NCBI GenBank assembly: GCA_030765585.1
Contig: JAVCCJ010000015.1
Coordinates: 1-37,268, forward strand
Direction: 5' to 3'
Origin: Candidatus Zapsychrus exili
GTDB lineage: Bacteria; Omnitrophota; Gorgyraeia; Zapsychrales; Zapsychraceae
DNA length: 37,268 nt
The notes under the pieces are model-generated. The model ran no database searches. It was not told the origin of the DNA and saw only the letters and a program-made list of their open reading frames with translations. A program made the position numbers and the translations under genes. Of the stretch, positions 10,433-19,772 are shown piece after piece. Each line of letters starts with the position of its first letter. Position 1 is the first letter of the stretch.

Positions 10433-11296
10433 ATGGCTAAAATTGGAATAATTGGTGGAAGTGGGCTATATGAAATTGAAGGCTTGGAAAACATAGAAGA
10501 TATAACGATTATAGATACTCCTTTTGGTCAGCCTTCAGGACATTTTGTGACTGGTACTTTTGCTGGTGTTGATGTTGTATTTTTATCTCGCCATGGAAAA
10601 GGTCATAAAATATCGCCAAGTTGTATTAATTATAGAGCTAATATTTTTGAAATGAAAAAGTTTGGTGTAGATGCTATTCTTTCTGTTTCAGCTGTAGGAA
10701 GTTTAAAGGAAGAAATAAAGCCGCTTGATTTTGTTGTTCCAGATCAATTCATAGATAGAACAAATAGATGCAGACAAGCAAGTTTTTTTAATGAAACAAT
10801 TGTTGCACACGCTCCTTTTGCACATCCAATTGATAATAAGTTATCAAAGATACTTGTTAATAGCGCAAAGAAATCAGGTGCGATTGTGCATACTGGCGGA
10901 ACATATGTGAATATGGAAGGACCTCAGTTCTCCACAAAAGCAGAATCGAATCTTTACAGAAGTTGGGGTATGGATATAATCGGTATGACAAATATGACAG
11001 AAGCAAAATTAGCTCGCGAAGCTGAGATAGCTTATGCAACACTTGCTGCAGTTACTGATTATGATTGTTGGCATCCTGATCATGATTCCGTTACTATTGA
11101 TATGATTTTAGATAATTTAAATAAAAATGTTTCAAAGGCAAAAGAAATTCTAAAATTAGCAATTCCAGAAGCTGGAAAAATAGATAAATTTGATGCAAGT
11201 GATGCATTAAAATGTGCAATTGCGACAGATGTATATGTTATATCAGAAGAAATTAAAAGAAAATATAAAGTTTTAATAGAGAAATATATAAAGTGA
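10433..11296 (+). CDS. mtnP: S-methyl-5'-thioadenosine phosphorylase
   Basis: IGIIGGSGLY, RHG, EGPQFSTKAES, IGMT, TDYDCW; AGGAGG RBS upstream. Confidence 0.93.
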   Translation: MAKIGIIGGSGLYEIEGLENIEDITIIDTPFGQPSGHFVTGTFAGVDVVFLSRHGKGHKISPSCINYRANIFEMKKFGVDAILSVSAVGSLKEEIKPLDFVVPDQFIDRTNRCRQASFFNETIVAHAPFAHPIDNKLSKILVNSAKKSGAIVHTGGTYVNMEGPQFSTKAESNLYRSWGMDIIGMTNMTEAKLAREAEIAYATLAAVTDYDCWHPDHDSVTIDMILDNLNKNVSKAKEILKLAIPEAGKIDKFDASDALKCAIATDVYVISEEIKRKYKVLIEKYIK

Positions 11297-14094
11297 TTGA
11301 TTATCAAGAAACGCTAAATTTACCAAAGACAGAATTTTCTATGAGAGCAGGGCTTGTAAATAAAGAGCCTGCAATGCTTGAGAAATGGATAAATGAAGGT
11401 CTTTATGATGCTATAAGAAAGAAATCAGAAGGCAAGCCTATCTTTTTTCTCCACGACGGACCACCGTATGCTAATGGTGATATTCACATTGGACATGCAT
11501 TAAACAAGATATTAAAAGATGTAATAATTAAATTTAGAACTATGCAAGGTCGTGACGCTTTGTATGTTCCTGGATGGGATTGTCACGGGCTTCCTATCGA
11601 GCATAAGCTGCTTAAAGAGATGAAGAAAAATAAGTCTGAAGTAGATTGTGTTGATTTTAGAAAAAAGGCTCACGATTATGCTTTAAAATATGTTGATATA
11701 CAAAAAGAACAATTTAAACGTCTTGGTATATTTGGTGAGTGGGATAAACCGTATCTTACCCTTAATACTGAATATGAATATTGGATTTTAAAATCATTAG
11801 GTGAGCTGGTAAGTCAGGATTATATTTATCACGGACTTAAACCAGTTAATTGGTGCTTTGATTGTGAAACAGCTTTGGCTGAAGCAGAGGTTGAATATGA
11901 AGATCACACATCACCGTCTGTTTATGTTAAATTTGAAACTAATAATAAAGAAGTTATAAAAGACTTACCTGATAAACAGTTATCTTTGCTTATTTGGACG
12001 ACAACTCCTTGGACGCTTATGGCAAATGTTGCGGTTGCGGTAGCTAGTAATTTTGAATATTCTTTTGTTGATATAGGTGATGAAATAATAATTATTGAAA
12101 GCACTCTTGCTGATTCGGTTTTGGCCAAAGCATATGTTCAAGATTTTAAAGTTTTAAAGAAAGTAAGTGGAGATGAACTTACTAAATTAAATTATAAACA
12201 TCCGTTTGGTATATTGGATGAATGTCGCGTTGTGGTTGCTGACTATGTTACAAAGGAAGATGGCACAGGTTTGGTTCATACCGCTCCAGGTCACGGACAG
12301 GACGATTATCAAACAGGATTAAAATATGATTTACCTGTTTTAATGCCAGTTAATAGCAGAGGAGTTTATAACGAAAAAGCTCTTTCGTATGAAGGCAAGC
12401 ATGTTCTTAAAGCTAATAGTGAGATTATAGAAGATTTAAAAGCTAAGACTATGCTTTTTGCATCTGAAAATATTGCACATTCTTATCCACATTGTTGGAG
12501 ATGCAAAAAGCCTATTATTTTTAGAGCGACAAAACAATGGTTTTTAAAGATTGATCATAATGATTTAAGATCTAAGTTGATGGATATTGTTAAAAAAGAT
12601 GTTGAGTTTATACCAGAAGCAGGACAAGAAAGAATGCTAGGAATGGTAAGGTCGCGTCCAGATTGGTGTTTATCTCGCCAACGTTATTGGGGTGTTCCAA
12701 TTCCTGCGCTTAAATGCAAGGGATGCGCAGATGAAAGCAAGCTATTTGTTGATGTTATTAACAACTTTGCAGATATTGTAAAAGAAAAAGGCACTAATGC
12801 CTGGTTTGAATTAGAGGTAAAAGACTTGTTGCCAAAAGGGTTTAGTTGCCCTGATTGCGGTGGGTCTGAATTTGAGAAGACAAATGATATACTGGATGTT
12901 TGGTTCGATTCAGGGGTAAGTCATCAAGCTGTTGTAAAAGGTACGCTTGGCAAAGAACTTCCAGTTGATTTATATCTGGAGGGCTCTGATCAGCACAGAG
13001 GATGGTTTCAATCTTCGTTGATTCCTTCTGTCGCAATTGAAGGAGAGGCCCCTTATAAAGCTATCTTAACCCACGGTTTTGTTGTAGATGCCCAAGGGCG
13101 AAAAATGTCTAAATCATTAGGAAATGTAATATCTCCTTTGAATATTATGAAGAATAGTGGTGCTGATATCTTAAGGTTATGGGTTGCAGCAAGCTCATAT
13201 CATGATGATATAAGGATATCAACTGAGAATTTAACTAGAATAAGCGATGCATACAGAAAGATAAGAAATACTATACGTTTTCTTTTAGGTAATTTAAATG
13301 GATTTGAAGTAGAAGAGCATTCTTTGCAATATGATGAGCTTTTTGATATTGATAAATGGGCGCTTGGTAGATTATCAGAAGAAATTAACAAGACTTACGC
13401 AAGCTACAATGACTATGATTTCTCTAAGGTTTATAAACGTATATATAGCTTTTGTAATGAAGATTTGTCCAGTTTTTATCTTGACATTTTAAAAGATAGA
13501 TTGTATACTTCGGCAACCAATCAGCAAGCAAGACGTTCAGCGCAGACAGTTCTTTACCATATATTGGATTATTTAGTAAGAGTTTTAGCTCCTGTTCTTA
13601 GCTTTACTTCTGAAGAGGTGTTTAATCTTATGCCAAAGAGCTCTTTAAACAAGAATGTAAAAAGCGTTCATTTGCTTGAATGGCAAGATACGCCAAAAGA
13701 ATGGGGCAATGAAGATATAATCAAGAAATTTGAGCTTCTAGTGCTTTTAAGGCCATATATATTAAAATCTTTAGAAGATAAAAGAAGAGACGGCGCGATA
13801 GGAAGTTCTCTTGAAGCAAAGGTAATATTTAATACTGCGAGTAAAAGAGACTTTGATTATCTGGCTGAATTTAAAGATATGTTGCCAGCCGCCTTTATTG
13901 TTTCTCAGGCTGAGATCAACAAAGTCGAAGATGTGACAGAAGGTTTAAGCGAAGAATTTAACAAGACAGAAATTATTATAGAAAAGGCTGATGGAGACAA
14001 ATGTCCTAGATGCTGGAATTATAAAGTTGACATAGGTAAAGACCCTAAACATAACACTATTTGCGCTCATTGCGCTACTATGGTAAAGGAATAA
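11293..14094 (+). CDS. ileS: Isoleucine--tRNA ligase (type 1)
   Basis: DGPPYANGDIHIGH, KMSKSLGN, GSDQHRGWF, C-terminal CPRCW..CAHC zinc finger. Confidence 0.98.
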   Translation: MIDYQETLNLPKTEFSMRAGLVNKEPAMLEKWINEGLYDAIRKKSEGKPIFFLHDGPPYANGDIHIGHALNKILKDVIIKFRTMQGRDALYVPGWDCHGLPIEHKLLKEMKKNKSEVDCVDFRKKAHDYALKYVDIQKEQFKRLGIFGEWDKPYLTLNTEYEYWILKSLGELVSQDYIYHGLKPVNWCFDCETALAEAEVEYEDHTSPSVYVKFETNNKEVIKDLPDKQLSLLIWTTTPWTLMANVAVAVASNFEYSFVDIGDEIIIIESTLADSVLAKAYVQDFKVLKKVSGDELTKLNYKHPFGILDECRVVVADYVTKEDGTGLVHTAPGHGQDDYQTGLKYDLPVLMPVNSRGVYNEKALSYEGKHVLKANSEIIEDLKAKTMLFASENIAHSYPHCWRCKKPIIFRATKQWFLKIDHNDLRSKLMDIVKKDVEFIPEAGQERMLGMVRSRPDWCLSRQRYWGVPIPALKCKGCADESKLFVDVINNFADIVKEKGTNAWFELEVKDLLPKGFSCPDCGGSEFEKTNDILDVWFDSGVSHQAVVKGTLGKELPVDLYLEGSDQHRGWFQSSLIPSVAIEGEAPYKAILTHGFVVDAQGRKMSKSLGNVISPLNIMKNSGADILRLWVAASSYHDDIRISTENLTRISDAYRKIRNTIRFLLGNLNGFEVEEHSLQYDELFDIDKWALGRLSEEINKTYASYNDYDFSKVYKRIYSFCNEDLSSFYLDILKDRLYTSATNQQARRSAQTVLYHILDYLVRVLAPVLSFTSEEVFNLMPKSSLNKNVKSVHLLEWQDTPKEWGNEDIIKKFELLVLLRPYILKSLEDKRRDGAIGSSLEAKVIFNTASKRDFDYLAEFKDMLPAAFIVSQAEINKVEDVTEGLSEEFNKTEIIIEKADGDKCPRCWNYKVDIGKDPKHNTICAHCATMVKE

Positions 14095-14098
14095 ATCA

Positions 14099-14479
14099 AT
14101 GGAATCGAAAGAAATGGATAAGAAAAAATTAGAATTTTATAAAAAGATGCTTCTTAAAATAAAAGAAGATCTTCTTCATGATGTTAAAAATATGGCACAT
14201 AACTCTGATTCAGCAGGAAATGAAGGTGATGTGTCAGGCCATGTTTTGCATATGGCTGATGTTGCAACAGATATGTATGATAAAGAGTTTAATTTAGGAT
14301 TAGCTTCAAAGGACAGAGAAATCCTTCAAAAAATAGATGATGCTCTTATACGTATTGAAAAAGGTACCTATGGAATTTGTTTGGGTACTGGAAAGAAAAT
14401 TTCACAAGCTCGCCTTAAAGCGATTCCTTATACAGAACATTGTTTAAAACACCAAGAAGAAATCGAAAGCCAAGGTTAA
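14099..14479 (+). CDS. dksA: DksA/TraR family protein with atypical zinc finger
   Basis: HMADVATD coiled-coil tip; ALIRIEKGTYGIC..ARLKAIPY..C. Confidence 0.85.
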   Translation: MESKEMDKKKLEFYKKMLLKIKEDLLHDVKNMAHNSDSAGNEGDVSGHVLHMADVATDMYDKEFNLGLASKDREILQKIDDALIRIEKGTYGICLGTGKKISQARLKAIPYTEHCLKHQEEIESQG

Positions 14480-14480
14480 A

Positions 14481-14960
14481 ATGAGGGATCTGTCTCGATC
14501 TCAATTTGATACTTTACTATCTATTCTTACAACAGTTATTGTTGTGCTAGTTGATCGTCTTACCAAAATTTTCTTTATAGATTTGCTTTCCTATGGAGAA
14601 TCTCTTCCAGTTATTCGCAATTTCTTTCATGTAACATTGGTTTATAATACAGGTATAGCTTTTGGACTCTTAAAAGATAATGGAGTCGTTTTTCTGATAG
14701 TTCCTATTATTGCAGTTGCGCTTTTGGCCTACAATATCTTTTATTATAAACAAAATAATGAAGTATTAAGTCGTTCTTATATTTTTGCTTTTTCTTTGAT
14801 ATTAGGTGGAGCAATGGGGAACTTGATTGATAGAATTAATTATGGTTATGTAATTGATTTTATTGATTTTCGTATTTGGCCTGTTTTCAATATTGCAGAC
14901 AGTGCAATAACAATAGGTGCAATAATAATAGCTATCAAGTGTTTTCATCCTGACAAGTGA
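14481..14960 (+). CDS. lspA: Lipoprotein signal peptidase (signal peptidase II)
   Basis: YNTGIAFG, GGAMGNLIDR, VIDFIDF, WPVFNIADSAI. Confidence 0.96.
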   Translation: MRDLSRSQFDTLLSILTTVIVVLVDRLTKIFFIDLLSYGESLPVIRNFFHVTLVYNTGIAFGLLKDNGVVFLIVPIIAVALLAYNIFYYKQNNEVLSRSYIFAFSLILGGAMGNLIDRINYGYVIDFIDFRIWPVFNIADSAITIGAIIIAIKCFHPDK

Positions 14961-14985
14961 CAAAAGACCATTGACAAGTGACAAA
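14951..14985. repeat. Heptamer-period tandem repeat (TGACAAG-type), left flank of the four-helix-bundle gene
   Basis: TGACAAG TGACAAA AGACCAT TGACAAG TGACAAA. Confidence 0.75.
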
Positions 14986-14988
14986 AAA

Positions 14989-15348
14989 ATGAGAAATTAT
15001 AAAAATATTAATGCGTATAAATATGCAGATAATTTTATGATAGAGGTTTATAAAACAACGAAACATTTTCCTCAAGATGAAATCTATGGAATAACATCTT
15101 AGTTAAGAAGAGCAGTTGTATCAATCGCAACAAATATAGCCGAGGGAGCTAGTCGTCAGCATAAGAAAGATTATTTAAATTTTCTTTTCATATCTAGAGG
15201 CTCTTTATCTGAGACGGAATGTTTATTGAATTTATCAAATAGATTGGGTTATTTAAAAAATGGTGAGTTTGAGCATTTAAATCAAATTAAAGAAAATATA
15301 TCAAAGGCATTGTTTGGTCTTATTGAAGCTGTTAAGAAAGAAGTTTAG
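14989..15348 (+). pseudogene. Four-helix-bundle protein (23S rRNA IVS-like, TIGR02436 family) with in-frame TAG at 15100-15102; missed by the ORF track
   Basis: My translation: MRNYKNINAYKYADNFMIEVYKTTKHFPQDEIYGITS*LRRAVVSIATNIAEGASR...SRGSLSETECLLNLSNRLGYL. The stop replaces the conserved Gln of 'YGLTSQLRRA' (CAG>TAG). Confidence 0.88.
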
Positions 15349-15351
15349 TTT

Positions 15352-15386
15352 TTAGTCAGCTGTCAATAGTCACTTGTCATCAGTCA
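15352..15386. repeat. Inverted heptamer-period repeat, right flank of the four-helix-bundle gene
   Basis: GTCACTTGTCA (15369-15379) is the exact reverse complement of TGACAAGTGAC (14951-14961 and 14972-14982). Confidence 0.75.
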
Positions 15387-15391
15387 AAAAA

Positions 15392-16131
15392 ATGTTTCCT
15401 ACGATTTGCAAAATTGGATCACTAACAGTTTATTCTTATGGAATGATGTTGGCACTCGCCATTATTGTCTGTTCTTTTTTATTGACTAGAGAAGCAAAAA
15501 AGAATGGTATAAACAAAGATTTTATTATGGATCTAATTTTCTTTTCTGTTGTAAGCGGTATAGTGGGTGCACGCTTATTTTTTATTACGTTAAATATTAA
15601 TTTTTTATACAAAATCCATTAGAGATAATAATGATTCATCATGGCGGCTTGGCATGGCAAGGTAGTTTAGTATTTGGTGTGTTTGGAGGGATATGGTTTA
15701 TAAAAAGAAAAGGCTTAAGTATTTTAAAGGTGCTTGATTTGACTGCCCCGTATATTGCTTTGGGACAGGCAATCGGTCGGATTGGATGTTTCTTAAACGG
15801 ATGTTGTTATGGAAAGCTTTCTAATGTTGGTATTTATTACCCCGTACATCAAGAGACTCTTATCCCTACACAGCTTTATTCTTCTTTAGGGTTATTTTTA
15901 ATCTTTTTAATTTTAAAGTTTTATAAAAAATATTCTAGTCGTGACGGAGAAGTTTTTGTGTTATACCTTATCTTTGCTCTTACGTTTCGTTTTTTTATAG
16001 AATTTTTAAGAGCAGATCATTATGAATTTTTATTTGGTTTAAGTATCTATCAACTTGTTTGTTTATCACTTTTTTTAATTTCAACTTATGTCTACACACT
16101 CATTAAAAATAAATCAAGAAAATCATCATAA
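15392..16131 (+). CDS. lgt: Prolipoprotein diacylglyceryl transferase, frameshifted at the T-run 15601-15606 (joins track ORFs 15374..15622 and 15631..16131)
   Basis: MFPTICKIGSLTVYSYG, GARL, GGL, LGQAIGRIGCFLNGCCYG, PTQLY, RFFIEFLR. Adding one T gives a continuous LNINFFIQNPLEIIMIHHGG. Confidence 0.9.
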
Positions 16132-16996
16132 GCGTTTAGATATTTTCTTAGCAGAAAATTTAGATTGCGTTCCTTCGCGTAGTTTTGCTAAGAAGTTAAT
16201 AGACCATGGTCATGTGCGCGTAAATGAAATAAAAGCAAAGGCACATTATAAAGTGATAGAGGGTGAAGATATTGTTGTCGAGATACCAAAAGATTTCTTG
16301 TCTAACAAATATATTGCTCCAGAAGATATACCTCTTAATATCTTTTATGAAGACGACTATCTTATTGTTGTGAATAAAGCAAATGGTATGATAGTCCATC
16401 CCGCAAATGGCAATTATTCTAATACGTTAGTTAACGCTTTGTTGCATTATTCAAATCAATTATCGAGCGTTAATGATGATGATATTCGTCCAGGAATTAT
16501 TCATAGACTTGATAAAGAAACATCAGGTTTGATATTAGTAGCCAAAGACAATATAACGCATACTAGGATTGCTAAACAATTTCAGCGTCATGAAGTTAAG
16601 AAATGTTACATTGCGCTTGTCGAAGGAGAAGTTACTTTTGATGAAGGCAAAATAGATGCTCCTATAGGAAAACACAGATCTGCACATGAAAAGAAAGCTA
16701 TTTCTTATGGAACAGATTCAAAAGAGGCTTTGACACATTATAGGGTTATTAAAAGTTTAGATGGAGCTACATTGGTTGCGCTCTTTCCAAAGACAGGAAG
16801 AACGCATCAGCTACGTCTTCATATGAAGCATATAGGTCATGTAATATTGGGCGATGATAAATATGGCAGAAAAAGCACATTTACAAGGTTAGCTTTGCAC
16901 GCTCAGTCAATAGGATTTACTCATCCAATTTATAAAAATTATATAGAGTTTTCATCCATTATTCCTAAAGAATTTTTATCACGTGTAGGTTTGTGA
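16088..16996 (+). CDS. rluD: RluA-family pseudouridine synthase with S4 domain (RluD-like)
   Basis: RLDIFL S4 domain, VNKANGMIVHP, HRLDKETSG, TGRTHQLR. Confidence 0.93.
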   Translation: MSTHSLKINQENHHKRLDIFLAENLDCVPSRSFAKKLIDHGHVRVNEIKAKAHYKVIEGEDIVVEIPKDFLSNKYIAPEDIPLNIFYEDDYLIVVNKANGMIVHPANGNYSNTLVNALLHYSNQLSSVNDDDIRPGIIHRLDKETSGLILVAKDNITHTRIAKQFQRHEVKKCYIALVEGEVTFDEGKIDAPIGKHRSAHEKKAISYGTDSKEALTHYRVIKSLDGATLVALFPKTGRTHQLRLHMKHIGHVILGDDKYGRKSTFTRLALHAQSIGFTHPIYKNYIEFSSIIPKEFLSRVGL

Positions 16997-17260
16997 TTTA
17001 ATCTGATTGGCCCCATGAAAATCAAGCTTACCTTGAAAAGTAGATTTTTAGCACTTTTTAAAATAGTTCAATAAGAAGTTTTTATTAATAAAATTTTGTG
17101 TATAATATAAATATCTAGCAGTTTAATAAATTGTTTCTTTATATTTTAGTTAAATTGCTAGAGATTACGGTCTTTTCTTGAAAAAATTGTTGACTATAAT
17201 ACTAGTAGTATAATCATCAAACCAAACTTATTTTAATATAAGGAGTTAGGGAGGATTGAT

Positions 17261-18127
17261 ATGAAGATGAATTCTTCTGGAAAAATTGTAACTATATTTC
17301 TTGTAATCTTTGCGCTTCTTTTGATTTCTTTGACAGCTATTTCTATGTTCTTTTTTCAAAAGGAACTTGGGTCACGGAGAGCAGCTGAAAAAGGACTAGA
17401 AGAGGCTCAAGTTAATATCACAAGCCTTGCAAGTAGTCTTGAAGTATCGAAGAAAGAAAACTTTGTTCTTGAGGAAAAAAATAAAGAAGCAGATGAGAGA
17501 ATTAATGATTTGTCTGATGAAATAGAGCTTGAAAAAGGCTTAAGGGAAGAGATGAAACTAGAAAATGCTTCTCTAAAAGAACAGTTAGAAAATGAAATAC
17601 AAGCAAAAAAACAAATTAAAGATAGTTTAGAATCTCAATTAAAAGAATCGATTGATAAGGTTGACCAATTAGGAGCTAAGATTCAGGCTAGTGAACAAAA
17701 AAGCCAAGAATTAGAAACAAGTTACAGACGCTTTGAAGAGGAGAATGTTGTTCTTAAGGGAAAGATTGCTGATTTAGAAGAAGGTATTTCAGTTGCAACT
17801 GCAAAACAAAAAGAATTAGAAATCAAAGAAGTGGAAGTAGCAGCTGCCGAAGAAAAACAAGTAGAACTAGACAAGATAGTTGTTGCTAACGTTGAAACCC
17901 CAGAAGGTCGTATACTAAGCGTTGATACTGAAACAGAGTTTGTAATTATAAATCTCGGAGAGAAAGATGGTGTTAAAATGGGTGACCTTCTTTCTGTATA
18001 TCGAGGAAAAGATTATTTAGGAGATGTTGAAATAACTCGTCTTCAATCAGAAATGTCAGCTGCTGATTTGCTTCCGCCGTTTTCAAGCAAGCTTGTACGT
18101 AAAAATGACCAGGTTGTAAGTAAATAA
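17261..18127 (+). CDS. Membrane-anchored coiled-coil protein with a C-terminal beta domain (FlgT-C-like)
   Basis: N-terminal hydrophobic helix, long heptad-rich region, GRILSVD..FVIINLGEKDGVKMGD; GGAGG RBS. Confidence 0.7.
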   Translation: MKMNSSGKIVTIFLVIFALLLISLTAISMFFFQKELGSRRAAEKGLEEAQVNITSLASSLEVSKKENFVLEEKNKEADERINDLSDEIELEKGLREEMKLENASLKEQLENEIQAKKQIKDSLESQLKESIDKVDQLGAKIQASEQKSQELETSYRRFEEENVVLKGKIADLEEGISVATAKQKELEIKEVEVAAAEEKQVELDKIVVANVETPEGRILSVDTETEFVIINLGEKDGVKMGDLLSVYRGKDYLGDVEITRLQSEMSAADLLPPFSSKLVRKNDQVVSK

Positions 18128-18161
18128 TTGGGTCATTTTGTTTAAAAGAATGATGACTCAT

Positions 18162-18266
18162 GATTGCACAGATTAAACGCACCTACCTGCTGGTAGGCAG
18201 GGATTACACCGATTAAAATATAAAAATTTGTTATCTGTGTAATCTTTTTTTTTGATCAGAGTAATC
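18162..18266. repeat. Composite palindromic intergenic element
   Basis: GATTGCACAGATT (18162) and GATTACACCGATT (18202) face ATCTGTGTAATC (18233) and ATCAGAGTAATC (18255). A GC-rich hairpin CCTACC-TGCT-GGTAGG-CAGG (18182-18201) lies between the first two units. Confidence 0.6.
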
Positions 18267-18304
18267 AGGTTCTTTGTTCAAAATTAAAAAGAAAGAACCA
18301 AATA

Positions 18305-19591
18305 ATGACTCTCCATGTTAAATCCGCAACTTCTTTAAAAGGAAAAGTAGCCCTTCCTGCATCAAAATCATATTCTATACGTGCATTTATAATCGCATCA
18401 TCTGGTGGAAGATCTATTATTAAAAATACTTCCAATTGTGACGATGCTATCGTGTCAATTAAAGTAGCCTCTTTACTGGGATCTAAGGTTATTAAGCAAA
18501 AGAATAATGTTTGGAAAGTAGATGCTTCTAGGGTCAAAAATATTTCTTGTAAAATTGATGTAGGAGAGTCTGGAACAGTTTTGAGGTTTTTATTGCCTAT
18601 TGCGTCTTTATCTAGTCAAAAAATATCTATTGTAGGTAAGGGAACGCTTTGTGGTCGACCTAATTTGCATTTGACCAATGTTTTAAGAAAGATGGGAATC
18701 AATATAAAAGGTGCAGGCAAAAAAGATAGTGTGCCGATTTCTTTAAATGGCGGAGAGTTGAAGGGAGGTAAGATAAGTATTGACGGAACGTTGAGTTCTC
18801 AGTTTATTTCAGCTCTTCTTATAGTAGCGCCTAAGTTAAAAGAAAATACAAATATATTTTTAACAGGTAAAAAACTAGTATCTTCTGATTATATTGCAAT
18901 GACGCTTCAGGTTTTAAAGTTATCGGGAATAAAAATTACAAAAAGAAATAGTAGGAATTATTATGTTCAAGGAAATCAAAAGTTTAATGGCTTAAAGAAT
19001 TTTGTTGTTCCTTCTGATTATGGCTTAGCTGCATTTTTGATGGCAGCGGCAACGCTTATTAAATCAGATATAATTTTAGAAGGACGTTTTAATGATAAGT
19101 TGATTCAAGCTGATGGACATATCCTTAGGATATTAAAGAAAATGGGAGTAAAGTTTACTAAGACCTCCCAAAGCATCAAGATAAAAGGTCCATTTAAATT
19201 AAAAGGTGGAGAGTTTTCTCTTAAAGATTGTCCTGATCTTGTACCTATTGTGTCTGTGTTAGCATTATTTGCTAGTGGCAAAACTCGTCTTTATGACATA
19301 GGGCATGTTCGAGCAAAAGAATCTGACAGAATAAGCGATTTAAGAAAAGAACTTCTTAAGGTAGGTGCAAAGGTATCTGAGAAAAAGAATGAATTAGTGA
19401 TTTATCCGCAAAAAGAGTACAAAGAAGATTGCGTGTTTAATCCTCATAATGATCATCGTCTTGCTATGTCTTTTGCTGTTTTAGGTTTAAAATTAGGGTC
19501 AAGAGTTGAAAATATAGAATGCTCTAGTAAATCATATCCTGGATTTGTACGTGATTTTAAAGCTATTGGGGCAAAAACAAAAAGCAAGTAA
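18305..19591 (+). CDS. aroA: 3-phosphoshikimate 1-carboxyvinyltransferase (EPSP synthase)
   Basis: PASKS, GESGTVLRF, SSQFISALL, PDL, RAKESDRI, DHRLAMS, KSYPGF. Confidence 0.96.
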   Translation: MTLHVKSATSLKGKVALPASKSYSIRAFIIASSGGRSIIKNTSNCDDAIVSIKVASLLGSKVIKQKNNVWKVDASRVKNISCKIDVGESGTVLRFLLPIASLSSQKISIVGKGTLCGRPNLHLTNVLRKMGINIKGAGKKDSVPISLNGGELKGGKISIDGTLSSQFISALLIVAPKLKENTNIFLTGKKLVSSDYIAMTLQVLKLSGIKITKRNSRNYYVQGNQKFNGLKNFVVPSDYGLAAFLMAAATLIKSDIILEGRFNDKLIQADGHILRILKKMGVKFTKTSQSIKIKGPFKLKGGEFSLKDCPDLVPIVSVLALFASGKTRLYDIGHVRAKESDRISDLRKELLKVGAKVSEKKNELVIYPQKEYKEDCVFNPHNDHRLAMSFAVLGLKLGSRVENIECSSKSYPGFVRDFKAIGAKTKSK

Positions 19592-19613
19592 CTTGCTATC
19601 ATAAATAAACCAT

Positions 19614-19642
19614 TTGACAGCAATTTCCTTTTAATATATCAT
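19614..19642 (+). promoter_or_regulatory. Putative sigma70 promoter for the mre operon
   Basis: TTGACA (19614-19619), 17-nt spacer, TATCAT (19637-19642). Confidence 0.6.
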
Positions 19643-19772
19643 TATTTATATTAATTAGTATTATATAAATTCAGCACCTTTATTCAATTTTTTAAATAAA
19701 GGTGCTGGGTAAACTTAAACATCTTTAATCTTTCCACAATTCTTTCAGGATTGTATCCCAAAGGAACTATTA

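Noticed and set aside
14989..15348. Diversity-generating retroelement, because four-helix-bundle proteins resemble Avd
   Set aside because: No reverse transcriptase and no template/variable repeat pair were seen in the window.
17178..17214. Sigma70 promoter upstream of the 17261 gene (TTGACT and TATAAT boxes)
   Set aside because: The best -35/-10 pairs have 11-13 nt spacing, and AT-rich DNA gives many chance matches.
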